NCBI GenBank assembly: GCA_964106915.2
Contig: OZ066914.1
Strand: one strand, 5' to 3'
From: Podarcis gaigeae
Lineage: Eukaryota
Length of the DNA stretch: 64,000 nt
Shown here piece by piece: positions 1 to 12,966 of the stretch (its first letter is position 1; every line of letters begins with the position of its first letter). Both the position numbers and the translations under genes were made by a program. A model generated the notes under the pieces. That model worked only from the letters and a program-made list of their open reading frames with translations. It made no database searches and was not told where the DNA came from.

Positions 1-739
1 GGGAGAACACACCCACCAGGCTACATAAAGAACTTGCGAAACAATAAAGCAACATCTGTGAAAGTCAAATACTGGAGAACAAAGCTCTGGGCCTCCAGAC
101 GTACATGTTTCAGCAGTTCCCAGACAGTTTTGTATCATGTATCTTAATTTTTGGAATTCCCTTTCAGTTGTTTTGCTTTGGAAGAATGTTGGTCAACAGT
201 TCTTGTTTTCTGGCAAACGTGTGAGAAGGGATGCCCTCTGTCCTCAGACCTCCTGCAGGGTCAGAGGGGATTTTGTGTGTGTGTTGAATCTGGCAATGGA
301 AGGAGGCAGCATATTCATACTTTCTGATAGGTGTCCTTCCAAAACAAAGACAAAAAAACCAACCCCACTCAGCAGATCCGAGTCAGGAAATCCACTGTGG
401 TTAGCCGTAATTTACCAATCAGTCTATCTGAATGTAGCAATAAAAGTGTTGCTAATGTACCAGAACTCCAATAACAAAAGCCAAGAGATGAAAGAGCTAT
501 AACTCGTGAGTAAAATTTAGGAATTTCCTGAAGAGGGAAAGAGATTTATTTTGATCTCTCCATGGAGTTCTGAACCCCTGGGATAGGATGGGACAGTCTC
601 CCTCTCCCGGACTCAAACATGCATGCAAAATAGATAAAACCGGGTAGAACCCAGCCATGCACTGAGATCACTGTGTATGCAAATGGCCCACAGATCTTGC
701 ATCTCATCCCCAGGAACTAGCACCATGCCAGGAACTTAC

Positions 740-997
740 CTCCATGGAAAGGTGTGGCACCGCACTGGCTTCCACATTTCTTGGACTGCACAGAGTAGTG
801 GCTGGAGCCACATGGCATCAGATGTGTGACTGTGCCTGCCCTAAGGAGCTCATGATGGGGGGAATCTCTTGTGTCTTACTTGGGCTGATGACTTTCCTGG
901 CCATGTCTTAACCATGCTGAAGGGTGTAAGAACAGGACCAGGTACATTGACTGCAAAGAAGCCTTTGTTCTGAACGTACTCTTTCACTGTATTTATT
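740..997 (-). other. Candidate alternative downstream exon (possibly MIPOL1)
   Basis: Strong acceptor ttttgttttctcttcacccccttttttacag| at 998. Donor GAG|gtaagt at 739, with a second donor CAA|gtaaga at 879. Open in phase 2 up to the TGA at 850. Confidence 0.35.
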
Positions 998-3087
998 CTG
1001 TAAAAAAGGGGGTGAAGAGAAAACAAAATCTGGACTATCAATACAAAGTTTTGAAGCCCCCCGTTTCTTGATTTTTACAGTTAATTTCTGACTCGCATTC
1101 ATGCAGTGACAATCCTTCACCTTGAATTGTTTTTAAAAGCAACCTTTACAAAGCCTATTTTAATAAAAGGATTACAATCTACAAAAGGGTAAGAGACAGG
1201 TAACCTGAGATCCAATTTTGGAACGTATACTCCTAGTTCAAATGTGCAAGCTTGAACTTAACAAATGTTTAAAATATTTGAGTTTTTTAAACAGTGCCAA
1301 AATAAACCACATCTTTTCTAAAGGCTACATATTTAGCTAGGCACTGGCAATGTAAATCATTCAACCATTCCAACTATTTGTTTAAAAGCCTCCTGGAACA
1401 CGTGCAGCTCCAACAAAACTGAAGAATGAAAAGTCTAGACTGTGGAAGACTACAACTGACTTCCAATCAAATTAAAACAAGTAAGGAACTTTTGGGAGGT
1501 TCATTAGGGCTTCACTAATGAAATGCTCTTTAAAAAAACCGAAACATTTTACACAGACCTAGAGCTAAATGGAGAAATGCCTACAGTATGTAATATAACA
1601 TAGGTAAGCAATTTTACCAATACCTAAATTTTAGATTCTAAAGAACGGATAGAATTCCTTCCATCCTTTGGATGCAGAGCAAAACAGAATCTCATATGCA
1701 AAGACGATGCATACATGGGAGCTGGGTTCCACCTGCACATTCCAGCCTAAGGTGGGATCCATGCACAAAAAAAGTTTGGCACCTACATCACTGCACTAAG
1801 CCACACATGGGCCAATAGGAGGAATACAACACCACCCTGTTCTGATTGTTCCACCAGTGCCAGAATTCCAGCTTGCCAGATGGAACAAATTCCCCTTCTT
1901 CCCCTGCATCCTGCACTAGGGGGATCTCCTGACCCTCATGAGTCTATTTCTGGGGGGGGGGGGGCATACAGGGGCAGAGGGGCAAAGCTCTTTTGCATAA
2001 GCAGAATTCCATGTGCAGAGCTTGCACTGCTGTGTCTTGTTAGGCAAATCCCACCCAAAGTGTATAATATGTATATATGTGTGTGTATGTGTGTGTGCAC
2101 GCTTTCAATCTCACCAGAAGAGCCCATTAAGGCAGGGTTCTTAACCTGGGGCCGGGGGAAGAAGGTAGCAGAAAGAGTGGAGAGGAGGGGAAGGGAGAAT
2201 GATAGCAAAAAGATAAGAGGAGTACAAGATGGAGAACGGGGATAAAGATCACCCTGGCAGTGCTGAATATATTGGGCAACCCACTGACACTGCCCCGAAG
2301 CACCAACTTAATAGAGGGTTCTAGGGCCTTGTGAGTCTAGGTTGAGGAAGTCAGCCTTGGGATGGAAGATGCCCTGCCCTTCTTAGAAGGGGGGAAGATA
2401 TCAGAGGATGGCTGGGTCAAGGGAGAGGGATTCCACTGTACAAAATACCACAGTCAGGTTATGGTTTGGGGCCGAATGGGAATCATTGCTGGGTGATGCA
2501 AGGTCCCCATTTCTTTCCTGTTCAAGTTGACTTGTTGCAGCATAGTTAATTAGTGAGGGCTTAGGGGAGGCTTACCATGAATCTAATTACAGTGCTGGAA
2601 AGCTTTAATAATGCTCTTATTCTGAGACAACGTGATGCTATTTACATATTTTACCATGACATGGACCATGGATGGCTCACAACTCACTGTGCAATCCTGC
2701 TGAAAAAATACACAGTATCTCCATGTAGCATTGAAGGAATAGTGACACGACTCGCAATGGTAATTACATTTGTTATCTTAGCCAGTGGGGGTGGGTGGGT
2801 GGGGGGGACAGGCTCTTACTTTGAACCCTGGGAAGGAGGAAGAATGATCATGATCAGTGTGCAAATTAGAAAGCATCTCACATTTCCTGCGTAAATCAAG
2901 AGACATAAACCGTATTCCAGTCTGTCATGCTGAGCTGTACGCAGCTGTCAAAGGTGAGCCAAGAAGAACAAGGAGTTGAGCCCAGAATCTGAACTGAGCA
3001 ACCAAGACAGGGCACACAGGAACACCCCTGAGCTAGGAAGCCATTGTTGCCCAGACAAGGTCCCAGCGTAAACAGGAAGTCTTTATA

Positions 3088-3386
3088 GAGAGCCAGTGTG
3101 GTGTAGTGGTTGAGAGCGGTAGTCTCGTAATCCTGGGGAACCAGGTTCGCGTCTCCGCTCCTCCACATGCAGCTGCTGGGTGACCTTGGGCCAGTCACAC
3201 TTCCTTGAAGTCTCTCAGCCCCACTCACTTCACAGAGTGTTTGCTGTGGGGGAGGAAGGGAAAGGAGAATGTTAGCCGCTTTGAGACTCCTTAAAGGGAG
3301 TGAAAGGCGGGATATCAAATCCAAACTCCTCCTCTTCTTCTTCTTCTTCTTCTTCTTCTTCTTCTTCTTCTTCTTCTTCTTCTTCT
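3088..3386 (+). mobile_element. tRNA-derived SINE (Squam3-like) with (CTT)n tail
   Basis: Head GAGCCAGTGTGGTGTAGTGGTT (A box) and GGTTCGCGTC (B-box-like), L2-like 3' end GGCGGGATATCAAAT, long (TCT)n tail. Near-identical to the copy at 55908-56158. Confidence 0.85.
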
Positions 3387-4012
3387 ATATAGCGCTTCCT
3401 GTCAGCCCAATGGGCAACCTGGATGGATGGGGCCTTTCTAGAACCTAAGCAGCAGTTCTGATAGCTCATCACATGCAGCTGAAGCACACAGAACCAAAAG
3501 TTCCTAGTTTCTAGCCCAAGCAGCTTCTGATATCTGCTCATGATGGCCTTTTTGAGAGGAAAGGAGTTTGCAGACCATAAGCAACCCACGTGTATGAAGG
3601 ACGTTAGAATCTGGAGGATGAACTTTGCAGCAGGGCTTGGAATCTTGGAATCTTCAATAGATTCCCCTCCCCCCATTTTTCCTTCAAGAGCAGCCATGTT
3701 ACTCTGTACTATGCCAAGAATAGCCATGTACGTTTGTAGTATTAAAAAGATCAAAAATCCTGAGACACGTTAAGGAACAAATGCTGTACTGTATTTTCAA
3801 GGAGCAATGCCCACTTCTTCGGATGTGTTTAATGGACAGAGAAATATGGATGTACAGATACACACACGGGTTACTCACCCCTGTAGCTCAGTTTTAGTGT
3901 GTGCACACATGTGCAAGTCCACAGAGACTGAGATGCAATAGTAGATAAACCAAGTTAACGAGAATGAAACAGAACAGGAATCATTGACTCACAGCAAATA
4001 CATCATATGATA

Positions 4013-4984
4013 TTTATTTCCTTCAATCCTTCATTTTTCCCATTATAATCTTTTTCACTGAATCTGTAAAACAATAATCAAGGAAAGCTGGAGAAAGAGA
4101 TTGCCTGGGCAATTCTAAATGATAGGAAACTGACACGGGTGTACATTTCTTGCGGGAGGTTAATCATATCGCCAGTTTGTTTGCTTTAATTTGAGAGGGT
4201 TCATAACAACAAGGACTGCTTTAAGTGAGACATAATGAATCTTCTCTGCTTCTGTACAACATGAGACTGGGAATCTCCAAAGAAATCACATACTGAACAA
4301 TTAAGATGTGAACATAAAGAATTTGCTAAGTTATCAGGATATATCTACTACTACTTGATATGTTTTAATTTTTCCTGAAAATGGTCCGTATGCCTTCCCT
4401 TTAGTGTGTCTGCACAGGGACAATTTTCATTAACCTATACAGTTTTGGCAGAAAAGGAACAGTTTTCTTGAAGAGAAAATGCAACATTTTACAAGATATT
4501 AGATGTATATTTTTCTTCCGAGCTCCTATCATTTACATACATCTTGAATTTTAGCATTATCGGATAATTTCAATATTTATATTCAACCCAGTGGATTTAG
4601 AGTTCAAGAATAATCTGAAACGTTTATAAGAATATAAGAATATTAGGCAGAAAGACTAAGCAGGCTAAACTTAGAAACAATTGCCCATAGTGTGTGCGTG
4701 TGTGTATGCAACACACAAACTTTCTCAAAGGCTTGCTAACCCTACCAAAACAGATCTGCTATGAAAGTAAATAAATTTTCGTTGGGATACCTTTGGACAA
4801 ATCACAGAACTCAGCAGCCAAGTGGTTAAACATTTATGATTTGATTTTATCTAGGCTTGGAATGTCGTTGGAGTGTCCCACTTCTAACAACTGTTTGCTA
4901 AGTTAAGGCTTTACTGTTTACACAGTGCTGAATGAAGCAGCCTGGTCACCAGATGTGAATGCTTCCCCAGACTGGAGTTTTCTA
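4013..4984 (-). other. MIPOL1: Putative MIPOL1 3' UTR up to a candidate AATAAA poly(A) signal
   Basis: AT-rich, repeat-poor sequence after the stop codon, with minus-strand AATAAA at 4013-4018. The true transcript end cannot be determined from sequence. Confidence 0.4.
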
Positions 4985-5051
4985 TCAGATCACCGTCCTA
5001 ATGGCCCCTGCGCCAATCTTCTTCCTTAGGACGTCCACCAGCCTTTGCAAC
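4985..5051 (-). CDS. MIPOL1: MIPOL1 terminal coding exon, (K)LQRLVDVLRKKIGAGAIRTVI*
   Basis: Acceptor ccccattccag|G; AA+G gives Lys, in phase with the previous exon. Matches the recalled human C-terminus LERLVDVLRKKVGTGTMRTVI. Stop TGA (4985-4987) is followed directly by TAG. Confidence 0.94.
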
Positions 5052-6654
5052 CTGGAATGGGGGAGGCGAGTGAAGAAAAGGAAACTAATATTAGGAATGT
5101 CCTGGCTGAAAGAGAGAGTGTTTGCTCTGGACCAATAAGTCCCAGGGGTGGTCATGCTAGGAAACAAAGCATTACTGTAACAGAGACAGGCTCCCAAGGC
5201 AGAATGCAGACAATTTGCGAGGAACTTTTAACCTACAGCCCAGCCCCGTCCCAGTCAGAAGAGCGTGTTAACTCATCTCCCACTTCGTAGTAAACACAAT
5301 ATCTGAGAACCCCGCATCTCTCGAGTTTGCACAGTACTGCCGACTGCTTGTGTGTGTAGCTTCTTGCAGAGATGCCTTCACACAAGCAGCAAATTAGGTT
5401 CCTGTTTGGGGGGGGCAGGGGCAGGGGGGAACCCTGCTTTGGTGCCTGTTCCTCTTGTTACATGGAACACCCAATTCTCTTTTGTCATTTAAAATACCTC
5501 TGCCCCTGTTTCTCCCTCAGTCACCAACAAGCTTTAGTTGAATGCATGCTGCATATTTAAATTTCCCTATACATCATAATGTATAATATCATTTGCAGAA
5601 TTGGAGAAACTAGTGAGATGGTTGGATAGGGAACGTGGAAGCCCTTTGTTGGAGAATCAGGCCTCCTCCTTTTTCCTCCTATCCCTTCTTCCTTCTACCA
5701 CGATTCCCTACAATACCCACCTAGTTTTCTGGCAGCCCAGCTCATGCACCTCCCCATTTACATGTTATTAAAAACCAATTATGGAACAGGCTCCCTAGAA
5801 AGGCTCACCTGGTGCCTAACATTAAAACAATAAAGACATTTCTCCTTCCCAATCTTTAAACATGATTTTAACATTTTAAAGATCAGTTAATGTAAAACAG
5901 TGTGGCTGGAAGGTGTGTCCCTTTGGTGTCATTTATTTGTGATTTGGTATTATTACTATTGTTATAAGAATATTTATTTATATTCCGTCTTTATCCCTGG
6001 CAGGCACCCAAGGTGCCTTACAGCTACCACCAAGAACACAGAAAAAAGAGCAATAATTAAAAACTTATTTTATACAATATTGTTGAGTTTGTGGGTGCCA
6101 GACTGTGCTACCAGGAGGCTGGTTCTGGGCTGCTGAGACTGCCGCTGCCACTGCCGAGGGGGAACCAGTAACGCCCGGCGCATCAACTGGGGGAACCGCT
6201 GACCCCCCTCCCACAACCCATATCGAGTTGGGAGCAAGAGCGCCTGGCCACCCGGCCAACTGCCCAGCGGCGCTCTGGGGCCAGTAAAACCCCCAGAGCT
6301 GACACAGTGAGGAGGAGGAGAAGAGAAGGAGAAGGAAGAGAGAGAAAGAGGAAGGAGAAAAAAGAGGGGAGCCCTGACCTTGCCGTGCCGCTGCCACTGC
6401 CACTGAGGGGGAGAGGTAGGAGAGCACGAGGAGAGCAAGGACACATGGCCGAGCCCAGGACCGGCCCGAGCCTACTCCATGGCAGCTAGTGCTCCAAGAG
6501 AGCAGGCTGAGGCCCAGAGGAAGGCCGCACGATGGAGGAGACCACAGAAGAGAAGATATTACTTCTTTCTTTATTTTTTAAAAATGTTTTAAAAATATTT
6601 TTTCCCTCTTAAAAAAAAGAGTGTCCCCAGATTCTTTGAAAAAAATCTGGTAAC

Positions 6655-6656
<2 letters not shown>

Positions 6657-6699
<43 letters not shown>
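6657..6699. repeat. (GA)n microsatellite
   Basis: Direct read. Confidence 0.95.
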
Positions 6700-6702
<3 letters not shown>

Positions 6703-7250
6703 TTTATAGCAGATAACTGCAAGCTCTACAAAGATAGTTGCTTTGGTTTTAGTGATCCAAGCAGAAGTATCTGATACTGACAGAGGTGCACACTAGGTAT
6801 CGAAACTCTCACATTTTCCAGGAGACTCTAGGCTCCTTCCAACTGTGCTTTTTATTGCACTATTCAGAAAACTTCATCCCTGAAACTAGATTAGGAATCC
6901 ACCCACTACGTAAAAACATTGGTACGGGAGAAGGGGGCGGGGTGAGTGGTAGGCAATAAGGCTTTCAGCAAGAAACAGGAAATGGTGACAGAGAGGTTTA
7001 ACTACTTTTTCTATGCTCTGTGATACTGAAGAAATTTATGCAGGTCAAGTGAACCAGGAGAGCAACAGAAGGCTGCATACATGCAGATGTGCTCCTGGCT
7101 ACTTGGGATAAGCGGATGCCTACTGATCCCAGTAGGATAAAGGATGATGAGGAATTCCCCATGCAGCTTCCAAACACTGAACCTCCAGAATGCTTTCCCA
7201 CTGAACTAAAACCGTTCTGTATGTGTCTAAAAAGTTTAAACCTTCTAATT

Positions 7251-7388
7251 CAGGCATAGGCAAACTCAGCTCTTCAGATGTTTTTTGAGACTACAATTCC
7301 CATCATCCCTGGCCACTGGTCCTGTTAGCTAGGGATGATGGGAGTTGTAGTCCCAAACCATCTGGAGGGCCGAGTTTGCCTATGCCTG
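7251..7388. mobile_element. Palindromic hAT-type MITE
   Basis: TIR CAGGCATAGGCAAACTC; TSD ttctaatt/ctctaatt; core actacaa.tcccatcatccct. Confidence 0.88.
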
Positions 7389-9359
7389 CTCTAATTCCAT
7401 TGGGGCTTAAGCTCAAGTGTGTGTACAGGGTTGCAAAGTTACTTTTTTGAAACTTAAAAATCATTATTTTTAAGCAAGGGCTGCAACATTTAGATAAGTT
7501 TAATCCATGATAAGAGTATGTTGGTCCTCCCTGATGAATCAGGCAGCAGATTTGGAAGTTTTTACCATTCTTTTTAATGGAGGGTGGATCCAAAGTTTTC
7601 ACAAGCAGGAGGTGACCATTCTTTCCCCTTCTCCTCTTCTAATTTATACCCCCTCAACACCCCACCCACCCCCGTTTTAGAGGATCAGGTTCCCTCTGAA
7701 CAGTGAGGGTGGCATTGTATGGGGCCGCAGCACAGTGGCAGAACTGCCTGAAATTGGATGGAGAGCCTTTGCCCCAGCTAAAACAAGTTCCTTCTGACCA
7801 TTTCGTAAGTGATATGTAATTATTTTCTTATCACTTGGCACGATGAAACAGAAAACCTAACAATTCAGATGTCTGTGTGGGCTCAACGTTGCTTAAGATG
7901 TAAAAGCTGGGAATGTACCAGTCTAGCCTGTCTGCGTGAAACCTGAGAGATACAGGCTAAACACTGTGGTACCTTCTTAGTGTGCAAACATTTTATTATG
8001 GAAGACGATGCAAATATTTGGAAGTTGTGGAATTCCTCGGGGGGGGGGGGCAAGCTCAGCGCACTCCCATCCACAGGTAATGCTACTGGTGCTGTCTCTC
8101 AGTTCTTGGGGGGGCGGCCACAGCAAAACACATTCCACCTCAATGTGGCTCTTGTCTTGTTTTCATTTTCTCCCCTTCAGCAACAGAAGAAAGCCCACCA
8201 ACATTTGTCAGCGAAGTAATACCATGCATGGGAAGGGAATGGGGAAGACAATGGCTGGAGGGCTTACTTATGAGCCTCAAGAGTACAGACATATAAGGAG
8301 ATGCGACCAACCACCATCAGGGAACACCACAATTGACAAGTCAATGAGGAGTCACCCAGGCTTGAAAAGGAATACCCATGGGATGAAAGTTGCTGTCTTC
8401 TGGTTAACTCTGAAACTGTCAGGCCTCATTGAAAATAATGAGGCTTAGCAATCATGGCTATGGCTCTTCGGATGAATGATGACGGCTATCATCAAAATGA
8501 GGTAGACCACACCACGCATCAGGAATGCAAGACCACTTTGCTCTTTGTTTTATTCCGGAAAAAAACAACGTTGCAGGTTTAATCAATGGTAACAAGAGAA
8601 ATTAAGCTTTTTCTGGGTATGAAAGAAATGGACCCAAAGCAGAATCTACATCTCAAAAGCAGCAAATTACACTTGAAGAGAAAAGTTATCTAAGAAAGTG
8701 CTTTTTATTCAAAAATAGTACTTGGGATAGTACAACCAGACTGGGCTGGATTGGCCAAAATAAAATTTTGGCTGCTCTTCCAAAAGCGCGCACTCTCTCT
8801 CTCTCCCCCCACACAACATATAGAGCAAATTCCACAGTACACAGTGCCCAGTGCACTGCACAACAGCAGGAGACAGGTCACATTGGCCAGCCGGCCAATG
8901 AGCACAGGTTATCCTCATTGTTTCAGCAGGCCCATTTTCCAAATGGAAGCTCAGACTCTGGACTGCTTAGCAGGTATTGGCTCTGACGCAATTGCTTCAG
9001 TTGCACCAGGGATAATCCAGCCTTGATGACAGTGGGCCCTGATAGGTTTCCATGGTGGGGTAAGGACAGTGGTGGATGCCAGTGCTGCCATCAAAACTGA
9101 GTGGCTTGGAGTTGCCATTAAAATTTCCCACAATGTACTGGTGTGTCACTGCGCTGGGGGCACTTTAGGAAATTAAAATGGTAGCTTCAAACCAACTGGC
9201 ATTGGAATCATAAGCCACAGGGCATCAGTGGACCCCATCAGGTTCTTGGTACCTATTAGCTGCCCAAAGGTGCTGTGCTGGGGCTGGGATCACTGAAGGT
9301 CACCAAGTGAATTAATAGCAGAGGAGAGGCAAGATCTGAAGCCGGGACTTTACTGTGCT

Positions 9360-9644
9360 AAAAAAATGTAGTATAAACACCGACAACTGGGAAACACTGG
9401 CTTGTGAGTGCTCTAATTGAAGAACAGCCTTTACCAAAGGTGTCATGGGTTTTGAAGGCACTTGAACTCAGGACGAAAGGGAGAAACGTGCTAAGAGGAA
9501 GGCATGCTTGGCAAATCCACACCATGGAAATCTATGTCCCCACTGTGGAAGGACGTGTGGATTGAGAATTGGCCTCCACAGTCACAGTTAAAACCGTGTT
9601 TATCAAAGACAATCTTACTCGGCTACGAGTGATCGCCAAAGAAG
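9360..9644 (+). mobile_element. RTE-clade LINE 3' fragment (family distinct from BovB)
   Basis: Homologous to 36476-36805; (GAA)n end; imperfect TSD actgtgct/accgtgct. Confidence 0.8.
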
Positions 9645-9963
9645 ACCGTGCTCATAAAAGATTATAAAAAGTAAACAATAGTATTTAAGCAGCCAGCATC
9701 ACCATTATTCATTTCTAATAGTTTATTAATTCACATACTGTTTAATTCCAAATTAGGCTTCTAAGCATAAAATACTTATAAAAGTATAAACATCAATTTA
9801 CACAACCATTAAAATATAAACATCCATAATTAAAATACACAATAAAACAACCCCTCTAAAGTACACAAATCCATAGTTAAAATGTGTAATAAAGCAGTAT
9901 CATGCCAAATACGTTTACTTGGAACAACTTTGTTTAGGCATTTAGCTAAGTTGTGCATTAGAT

Positions 9964-10223
9964 CTGTTGTTCGGTCCCAGCTCCTGCCCATCTAGCAGTT
10001 CGAAAGAACATCAAAGTGCAAGTAGATAAATAGGTACCGCTCTGGCAGAAAGGTAAACGGTGTATCCATGCCCTGCTCTGGTTTGCCAGAAGCGGCTTAG
10101 TCATGCTGGCCACGAGACCCGGAAGCTGTACGCCGGCTCCCTTGGCCAATAAAGCGAGATGAGCGCCGCAACCCCAGAGTCAGTCACGACTGGACCTAAC
10201 GGTCAGGGGTACCTTTACCTTTT
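9964..10223 (+). mobile_element. Sauria SINE, 5'-truncated
   Basis: CTAGCAGTTCGAAAG...GTAGATAAATAGGTACC core and (ACCTTT)n tail; homologous to 44215-44571. Confidence 0.9.
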
Positions 10224-11116
10224 AGCACTAAGAAAGGTGACTTTCCCAAAGCTACACCGCTGAGCAGTACTTGAGTCTGCCTGGTTTCCAGTCACTTTGT
10301 TGTGCTGGGCCTGAAAGAAGTCACCTTGATCAAGGAGGCTGCAGAAATTGGCACACACGCCGATCACAGATGTATGTAAAAGACAGGAGAGAGAAAGAGA
10401 TGGAGCAGCGACCATGAGAGACTTTCTAGGCTTCCATATAGCTAGGATTTATGAACAAGCTCTGTTTGTAACATATTTGTAATCAGAGATGTTCTCCTGA
10501 ATATAAACCAAATACATTTCCATCACAATTATAACTTGCAACCCAAATGAAGGGGAAATTTGATCACCCCTGGACATAATATGCAGTTCTGGAGATTTTT
10601 TTTTTTTTTTACAAGCATCATAGAGACAGGAGCTGCAGAACAAAATATGAAGAAATGCAAAGAGTATGTGGATACTCATCTATGTTATTCTTCCATTATT
10701 ATGATATATTATACCCATCCTCAGAGTACTTCACTGGTTACGGAGTCCACTTCAAGGATGTGGTTGTTAAATACAAAGCCCCCAAAGGCTTGTGGCTCTT
10801 CCTGCCCATAACTTGAAGTCTGCTGGGGAGGCCCTGTTCTGGTGGTTTGACTTGCAAAATGGAGGGACCACCTCAAAATTTCATCAGCTACGAAACTCAC
10901 TCTCCGCCCCCTGTCCTGGCATCAATGCTGTCAACCTGATGCCTGGACCAGGTTTCTAAGTGTCTTGAGGACAGCGCTGGAAGAGATGTTTGGTGAGAGA
11001 AAAAATAAATCAAAACGAGGAGTGTATGTGGGGGTTGAAGGAGGAGTGGCAATCTTTATTCCCACTGCAGGTGTGAGGTGAGGAAGAGCTGGGAAGGAGG
11101 TCTGCCCCAAGGGAGA

Positions 11117-12257
11117 GGTGGATGTAGCCTACCTTGATTTCAGCAAGGCATTTGACAAGGTGCCCCATGATATTCTTGTAAAGAAGCTGGTAAAATGCGG
11201 TCTTGACTATGCTACCACTCAGTGGATTTGTAACTGGCTGACTGACCGAACCCAAAGGGTGCTCATCAATGGTTCCTCTTCATCCTGGAGAAGAGTGACT
11301 AGTGGGGTGCCACAGGGTTCTGTCTTGGGCCCGGTCTTATTCAACATCTTTATCAACGACTTGGATGATGGACTCAAGGGCATCCTGATCAAATTTGCAG
11401 CTGACACCAAACTGGGAGCGGTGGCTAACACCCCAGAGGACAGGATCACACTTCACAGATTAGAGAACTGGGCCAAAACAAACAAGATGAACTTTAACAG
11501 GGAGAAATGTAAAGTATTGCACTTGGGCAAAAAAAATGAGAGGCACAAATACAAGATGGGTGACACCTGGCTTGAGAGCAGTACATGTGAAAAGGATCTA
11601 GGAGTCTTGGTTGACCACAAACTTGACATGAGCCAACAGTGTGACGCGGCAGCTAAAAAAGCCAATGCAATTTTGGCCTGCATCAATAGGAGTATAGCAT
11701 CTAGATCAAGGGAAGTAATAGTGCCACTGTATTCTGCTCTGGTCAGACCTCACCTGGAGTACTGTGTCCAGTTCTGGGCACCACAGTTCAAGAAGGACAC
11801 TGACAAACTGGAACGTGTCCAGAGGAGGGCAACCAAAATGGTCAAAGGCCTGGAAACGATGCCTTATGAGGAACGGCTAAGGGAGCTGGGCATGTTTAGC
11901 CTGGAGAAGAGGAGGTTAAGGGGTGATATGATAGCCATGTTCAAATATATAAAAGGATGTCATATAGAGGAGGGAGAAAGGTTATTTTCTGCTGCTCCAG
12001 AAAAGCGGACACGGAGCAATGGTTCCAAACTACAAGAAAGAAGATTCCACCTAAACATTAGGAAGAACTTCCTGACGGTAAGAGCTGTTCGACAGTGGAA
12101 TTTGCTGCCAAGGAGTGTGGTGGAGTCTCCTTCTTTGGAGGTCTTTAAGCAGAGGCTTGACAACCATATGTCAGGAGTGCTCTGATGGTGTTTCCTGCTT
12201 GGCAGGGGGTTGGACTCGATGGCCCTTGTGGTCTATTCCAACTCTATGATTCTATGA
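11117..12257 (+). mobile_element. 5'-truncated CR1 LINE (ORF2 reverse-transcriptase C-terminal part plus 3' UTR)
   Basis: ORF 11118..12185 has [31 protein letters not shown] and [13 protein letters not shown] motifs typical of CR1. Terminal (ATTCTATG)n repeat. Confidence 0.95.
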
Positions 12258-12966
12258 CTACCCCACAAAGCAGTAAGTTAACTGTGGAGCTCTTCTGTGG
12301 AATGCCTTTTTGGGGTGGTGACACCCCCACCCTCAGTTTTCTAAACTTCCATTTTATCTTTGTGTTGGCATTATTCTCCAGTTTAGTTTCAAGCTGTTAA
12401 AATTAAGTTAGCTTATTTGTATTGTCTTGAAACAATGTTGCATGGATTTATGTACTTTTGTTTTTACTTACTGACCTCACACTTAGTTCTAACCATTCTG
12501 AATTTTTTAAAAATTGCAATATGTTGTTCATTTGGTACGTTGTGATCCACCATGGGCACAATTTTGTGGAAAAGTGATATACAAATAAACAGATGGTGGT
12601 GGCGATGACCTGTTTCTTCAAGGCTTTCAAACCTCAAATAATTTGCCTGTGCAGGAACAGTTACAAATTATTGCTTCTAAATGTGCAGAACTGTGTTGTG
12701 TTTTGATATTTGTTGACGGCTTTATGTGTTATTACTGGATTCCACCCTGAGGTCTTAAGACAAAGAAGAGAGATAAGTTTCAAAAGTAAACAAACATTTT
12801 CATTACCTTTGTGAGTTTCACTAGGGTGTGAAAGGTGGGATATAAAGTCAACAACAAATGAACCGAATACCTGAATGTACTATTCAGAATAAGAGCAGGA
12901 AACAGGACTTTGCCTATAACAAATTTAATATGGCAGCATTATTAGTCATTTACAGTGCTATGAGAC

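Noticed and set aside
1780-2060. Degenerate palindromic repeat with a G-run (similar stretches near 7600-7810, 25520-25670, 36000-36310, 38410-38630 and 47390-47570)
   Set aside because: Probably an old non-autonomous DNA transposon family; the ends are too decayed to define reliably.
3272-3754. 160-aa ORF with a poly-Glu run
   Set aside because: Poly-E is the antisense reading of the SINE (CTT)n tail.
8008-8448. ORF with TTIDKSM...HGMKV, vaguely like the piggyBac IDES...YGIK motif
   Set aside because: The similarity is too short, the spacing is wrong, and no TTAA/TIR ends are visible.
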